DNA of 64,000 bases. It comes from Betaproteobacteria bacterium (GTDB lineage Bacteria > Pseudomonadota > Gammaproteobacteria > Burkholderiales > SG8-39). Shown here piece by piece: positions 60,423-64,000 of the stretch (its first letter is position 1; the number at the start of each line of letters is the position of its first letter). The notes under the pieces are model-generated. The model was not told where the DNA came from. It saw nothing but the letters and a program-made list of their open reading frames with translations, and made no database searches. The stretch is from positions 69,692-133,691 of the forward strand of contig JBBINV010000001.1 in assembly GCA_037443705.1 (NCBI GenBank), read 5' to 3'. The translations under genes were made by a program, and so were the position numbers.

Positions 60423-61228
60423 GACGGTGGTTCGCGTTTCTGCTCGCGGTCCTCGTCTCGTCCGCGGCGGCCGAATACGGTCGCATTCCCGATTCGCACT
60501 TCGACGGGCAGGCGCTGGCGATCGAGGAGGCGAAGTTCATCGGAACGCCGCTCGGCGCCGACCTCGCGCTCGAGGACGAAAGCGGCGCGCGCTTCCGGCT
60601 GGGCGATCTCTTCGGCAAGCCCACGCTGCTCCTCTTTTCCTACTACGGCTGCGACGGCGCCTGCCCGGCGGTGAACCGCGGCCTCGCGCAGGCGATCGCG
60701 GGCGTGAAGCGCTTCCGCGCGGGCGAGGACTTCCGGGTGCTGACGCTTTCCTTCGACGCCAAGGACAAGCCTGCCGCGGTACGCCATTTTCTTTCGACGC
60801 TCGGCCTCGAGCCACGCGCGCAGAACGGCTGGCGCTTCGCGCTCTTCGCCGAACGATCCGACATCAGGCGGGTGGCGGAGAGCGTCGGCTACCGCTACTT
60901 CTGGTCGGTGCGCGACCGCGTCTTCGTGCACCCCGCGGTGCTGATCGTCCTCTCGCCCGAGGGCCGCGTCGCGAGATATCTCCCCGCCGCGAGCATCGGC
61001 CCGAGGGACATCGAGTTGGCGCTCATCGAGTCCGATTGGAATCGAGTAAAGGGCTCTTCGAATCTGATCGACCTCGCGGTGGGCGCGTGCTTCAGCTACA
61101 GCTACAAGGAGGGGCGCTACGTGCTGAACGCGCCGCTGTTCATCGCGGCGGGGTCGCTCTCCCTCGGGGTCGGGGCGCTCGTCCTTTCGTTCTCGTTCTT
61201 CCGGAGATTCCGGCGCAAGGAGGCGTGA
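60419..61228 (+). CDS. SCO1/SenC-family copper chaperone-like protein with C-terminal membrane anchor
   Basis: GTG at 60419 (GTGA overlap with the subunit III stop) inside ORF 60182..61228. Signal/TM (RRWFAFLLAVLVSSAAA), a thioredoxin-like core with YYGCDGACP (CxxxC), and a C-terminal TM (LFIAAGSLSLGVGALVLSFSFF). Confidence 0.75.
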   Translation: MRRWFAFLLAVLVSSAAAEYGRIPDSHFDGQALAIEEAKFIGTPLGADLALEDESGARFRLGDLFGKPTLLLFSYYGCDGACPAVNRGLAQAIAGVKRFRAGEDFRVLTLSFDAKDKPAAVRHFLSTLGLEPRAQNGWRFALFAERSDIRRVAESVGYRYFWSVRDRVFVHPAVLIVLSPEGRVARYLPAASIGPRDIELALIESDWNRVKGSSNLIDLAVGACFSYSYKEGRYVLNAPLFIAAGSLSLGVGALVLSFSFFRRFRRKEA

Positions 61229-61229
61229 C

Positions 61230-61946
61230 GTGCTCAAGCGGCTGCTTCTTCCGATCCTGATGGCCTGGAGCTTCGTCGCCGTCGCGGCGCCTGCGATCCA
61301 GGACCCGGCGCGCGGCTGGGACCGGCTCTGGCACCAGTACCTCGTAGACGTGGGGATCATCTTCGTCGTTTTCGCCGGCATCGGCGCCTGGTTCATGCTG
61401 CGCTACCGGCGCCGCTCGCCGGACGAGGAGGGCAGGCCGGTGAAGCTCTCGCGCATGGCGGCGGTCGGCTGGGTGGTGATTCCGGTGTTCGTCTTCATGG
61501 CGGACGACTTCTACCTCGCGGCGAAGAGCTGGCAGCTCTGGAGCATGTACCGCGACGTGCCCGCCGACCGGCTGGAAGTGAAGCTCGAATCGGCGATGTG
61601 GCGCTGGGAGTTCACCTACCCGAACGGCGTGCAGGCGACGAACGAGCTGCGCGTGCCGGCTGGCAAGCCGATCATGCTCCGCATGACCGCGAGCGACGTG
61701 GTGCACTCGTTCTACCTGCCGGATTTCCGGGTGAAGGAAGACTCGATGCCGGGCCGGGTCACCTATCTCTGGTTCTATCCGCAAAAGACGGGCGAGTACC
61801 TCGCGACCTGCGCCGAGTACTGCGGGATGATGCACTCGAAGATGGTCGGCAAGGTGGTCGTCGTCCCACCCGCCGAATTCGCGGCGTGGTACGAGGGCGA
61901 GGCGAAGAAGCTCGCGCAGGCAAAGCCCGCGCCGGCCGGAGGCTGA
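61230..61946 (+). CDS. coxB: cytochrome c oxidase subunit II (CuA, no fused cytochrome c)
   Basis: 238-aa ORF with a GTG start. Two TM helices and a cupredoxin domain with VVHSFYLPDF and the CuA motif CAEYCGMMHSKM. Confidence 0.9.
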   Translation: MLKRLLLPILMAWSFVAVAAPAIQDPARGWDRLWHQYLVDVGIIFVVFAGIGAWFMLRYRRRSPDEEGRPVKLSRMAAVGWVVIPVFVFMADDFYLAAKSWQLWSMYRDVPADRLEVKLESAMWRWEFTYPNGVQATNELRVPAGKPIMLRMTASDVVHSFYLPDFRVKEDSMPGRVTYLWFYPQKTGEYLATCAEYCGMMHSKMVGKVVVVPPAEFAAWYEGEAKKLAQAKPAPAGG

Positions 61947-61950
61947 CACG

Positions 61951-63531
61951 ATGACGATCAACTGGAAGGAATGGATCTTCACCACCGACCACAAGCGGGT
62001 CGGCGTGCTCTACCTGATCGGCTCGCTCGCGGCGTTCGCGGTCGCCGGCGTCATGGCGATGCTGATGCGCTACGAGCTGCACTCGCCCGGGCCCGATCTC
62101 ACGATGAACCCGAACGACTACAACGTGTGGCTGTATTTCCACGGCGCGGCGATGATCCTCGGGTTCCAGATTCCCGCGCTCACCGGGTACCTCGCGAACT
62201 ACTGCGTGCCGCTCATGATCGGCGCGCGCGACGTCGCGTTCCCGCGCCTCAACGCCTTCAGCGTGTGGCTCTTCTTCGCCGGGATCGTGATGGCGCTTCT
62301 CACCTTCGTCGTGCCGGACCCGCCCGATCTCATGTGGACGGGGTATCCCCCGTACTCGATCAAGACGGGCGGAAATACGGCGTTCTACACCTTCACGGTG
62401 CTGCTGATCGGCTTTTCCTCGATCCTCGGCGGCGTGAACTTCCTGACGACCGTCTTCTACATGCGCGCGCCGGGGATGGGCTGGAACCAGCTCAACATCT
62501 TCGTCTGGTCGATCGTCGCCGCCTTCATCATCCAGCTCATCTTCGTGCCGGTGCTCGGGACGGCCGTGACGATGCTCGCGTTCGACAAGTACCTCGGCGC
62601 GCACTTCTTCAATCCGGCGAACGGCGGCGACGTGCTGATCTACCAGAACCTGTTCTGGTTCTACTCGCACCCGGCGGTGTACGTGATTCTGCTGCCCTTC
62701 CTCGGGATCGTGTTCGACATCACCGCGACCTTCGCGCGCAACCGCGTCTTCAACTACAAGGCCGCGGTGTACGGCGGGATCGGCGGCGTGCTGCTCCTCT
62801 CGGGCGAGGTCTGGGTGCATCACCTCTACACCGCGGGCATGCCCGACTGGCTGCGCCTCGGGCAGATGGTCTCTACGCTGCTCATCTCGGTGCCGGTGGG
62901 GCTTCTCATGATCAGCCTGATCGGCACGCTCTACCGCGGCTCGATCAGCTTCCGCACGCCCATGCTCTACGCGCTCGCGGTGCAGTTCACCTTCCTGATC
63001 GGCGGCCTCACGGGCATCCCGCTCGCCATGGCCTCGCTTGACCTCAACCTCTCGGACACGTACTTCATCCCGGGGCACTTCCACTACGTGATGGCGGTGT
63101 CGGGCACCTTCGCGATCTTCGGCTCGGTGTATTACCTGTTCCCGAAGATGACCGGACGGATGTACAGCGAGAAGCTCGGCTGGGCGGGCTTCATCTTCAC
63201 CTTCGCCGGGATCAACCTCGTCTTCTTCCCGATGATGATCGCGGGACTCTACGGCATGCCGCGCCGCTATTTCGACTACGAGCAGTTCCCGCAGGTCGCG
63301 GGGCTGCAGAACTTCATGTCGATCGGTGCGGTGGTGATCCTGCTCGGCGCGCTGATCACCCTCTGGAGCTGGATCGACGGGTTGCTGAAAGGCGAAAAAG
63401 CGCCCGACAACCCCTGGGGCTCGCGTTCCCTGGAATGGAGCACGACCTCGCCGCCGCCGCCGGGCAACTTCGGCGCCAAGGTGCCCGAGATCACCCCGGA
63501 CTGGCACCCGTATGCATACGGGTCGCGCTGA
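61951..63531 (+). CDS. coxA: cytochrome c oxidase subunit I (A2-type signature)
   Basis: 526-aa ORF (TTDHKRVGVLYL...). The helix VI motif FWFYSHPAVYV has YS in place of the A1-type glutamate. His ligands lie in HHLYTAGM and GHFHYVM. Confidence 0.93.
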   Translation: MTINWKEWIFTTDHKRVGVLYLIGSLAAFAVAGVMAMLMRYELHSPGPDLTMNPNDYNVWLYFHGAAMILGFQIPALTGYLANYCVPLMIGARDVAFPRLNAFSVWLFFAGIVMALLTFVVPDPPDLMWTGYPPYSIKTGGNTAFYTFTVLLIGFSSILGGVNFLTTVFYMRAPGMGWNQLNIFVWSIVAAFIIQLIFVPVLGTAVTMLAFDKYLGAHFFNPANGGDVLIYQNLFWFYSHPAVYVILLPFLGIVFDITATFARNRVFNYKAAVYGGIGGVLLLSGEVWVHHLYTAGMPDWLRLGQMVSTLLISVPVGLLMISLIGTLYRGSISFRTPMLYALAVQFTFLIGGLTGIPLAMASLDLNLSDTYFIPGHFHYVMAVSGTFAIFGSVYYLFPKMTGRMYSEKLGWAGFIFTFAGINLVFFPMMIAGLYGMPRRYFDYEQFPQVAGLQNFMSIGAVVILLGALITLWSWIDGLLKGEKAPDNPWGSRSLEWSTTSPPPPGNFGAKVPEITPDWHPYAYGSR

Positions 63532-63664
63532 GGCGCTCGCGCGCTTCGTTCAGCAGCTGCTCGACAGCCCGCTTCTTCTGCTCGCGGTGGGGTTGGCGGC
63601 ACCCACAGTGCTCTACCTTGGCTGGGTTACGGTGCCGATCGTCTCGACGGCGTTTGCTCGCTAG
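63512..63664 (+). CDS. possible 50-aa single-TM protein overlapping the coxA 3' end (candidate small oxidase subunit)
   Basis: Hand-translated: MHTGRAEALARFVQQLLDSPLLLLAVGLAAPTVLYLGWVTVPIVSTAFAR. GC3 is ~76% by my count. It is below the ORF-track size cutoff, and I recognise no homology. Confidence 0.3.
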   Translation: MHTGRAEALARFVQQLLDSPLLLLAVGLAAPTVLYLGWVTVPIVSTAFAR

Positions 63665-63715
63665 GCGCTCCATCGCGTGATGCACTGCGGCGCGCGTCCA
63701 TGCGCGCGGCCGCCA

Positions 63716-63729
63716 TTGATCTGAATCAA
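63716..63729. promoter_or_regulatory. perfect FNR consensus box TTGAT-N4-ATCAA
   Basis: TTGATCTGAATCAA read directly. It is centred about 60 nt upstream of the ATG at 63783. Confidence 0.6.
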
Positions 63730-63782
63730 TCCGCGTGCTTCCGCACGCCGGAACATGTCGGTTATCGGTACTGACGGCACGA

Positions 63783-64000
63783 CATGACATCGCGACTCAG
63801 CCGCTGGCTCGCGCACATCGTTTCGGGGCTGGCGGGAAGGATCTACGTCGCCTTCCTGCTTGCCGCGGGTCTGCCCGTGTCCGTGGCGGGTCTGATCGGG
63901 ATCTACTACTCCCTCGATGCGCTCAAGAACGAAACCCTGCAGCACCTCGATCACGAGGTTTCGGGCCGTGCGGCCGGTCTCGGCCGCTTCTTCGACCAGG
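63783..64000 (+). CDS. 5' end of a membrane sensor protein gene (partial, runs off the window)
   Basis: Hand-translated open frame with no stop before the window end: MTSRLSRWLAHIVSGLAGRIYVAFLLAAGLPVSVAGLIGIYYSLDALKNETLQHLDHEVSGRAAGLGRFFDQ. A TM helix followed by an extracytoplasmic segment resembles the N-terminus of the 36149 kinase. Confidence 0.5.

Noticed and set aside
63491-63954. ORFs 63491..63790 (-) and 63661..63954 (-) after coxA, considered as a possible frameshifted regulator or transposase fragment
   Set aside because: I could recognise no family motif. One is Arg/His-rich, and both overlap better-supported + strand features (the small TM ORF, the FNR box and the sensor gene start).

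Overview
High-GC (about two-thirds G+C by eye) chromosomal segment with betaproteobacterial, Rhodocyclales/Thauera-Azoarcus-like gene content and synteny. It holds about 60 tightly packed protein genes, many with ATGA/GTGA start-stop overlaps. Left to right: a ferredoxin-reductase-like gene, cutA-dsbD, a VOC protein, hemB, engB, three c-type cytochromes (c4, a dihaem c, c-prime), an ECF sigma/anti-sigma pair, a NYN-LOTUS protein, a ThDP enzyme, vapBC, mug, and a small endolysin-like cassette. Then come an RND pump (adaptor + permease) coupled to lysA-lptM, cyaY, mrcA and pilMNOPQ-aroKB-gltBD. An accessory-looking stretch of about 10 kb follows (35.3-45.0 kb). It contains a Crp/Fnr gene remnant, a 0.6-kb gap, a HAMP/2xGAF histidine kinase, a CheY-like protein and a REC-cyclase. 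Convergent to these is a three-gene string: DUF2891, a 641-aa protein with a DUF47/PhoU-like tail, and a PPDK-like protein lacking the PEP/pyruvate domain. After glmUS comes an anaerobic benzoyl-CoA module lacking only a canonical had: a korAB operon that also carries ferritin-like, RidA and BadH-like SDR genes, divergent from oah-dch-bcrCBAD-fdx. The window ends with an A2-type haem-copper oxidase cluster (III-SCO-II-I) and the 5' end of a sensor gene. I recognised no rRNA, tRNA, CRISPR array, transposase or integrase. The best candidate for something undescribed is the DUF47-tailed giant protein plus the two-domain PPDK-like protein (40.5-44.0 kb). Its context includes truncated neighbouring genes, a cyclase signalling module and a TTGA-N6-TCAA palindrome. 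Other leads are FNR-type boxes at the bcr/kor divergent promoter and upstream of the terminal sensor gene, a BadH-type SDR where a canonical had gene would be expected, a four-hairpin candidate sRNA, and several palindromic repeat elements. All protein calls come from reading the supplied translations and recognising motifs; no database search was run.
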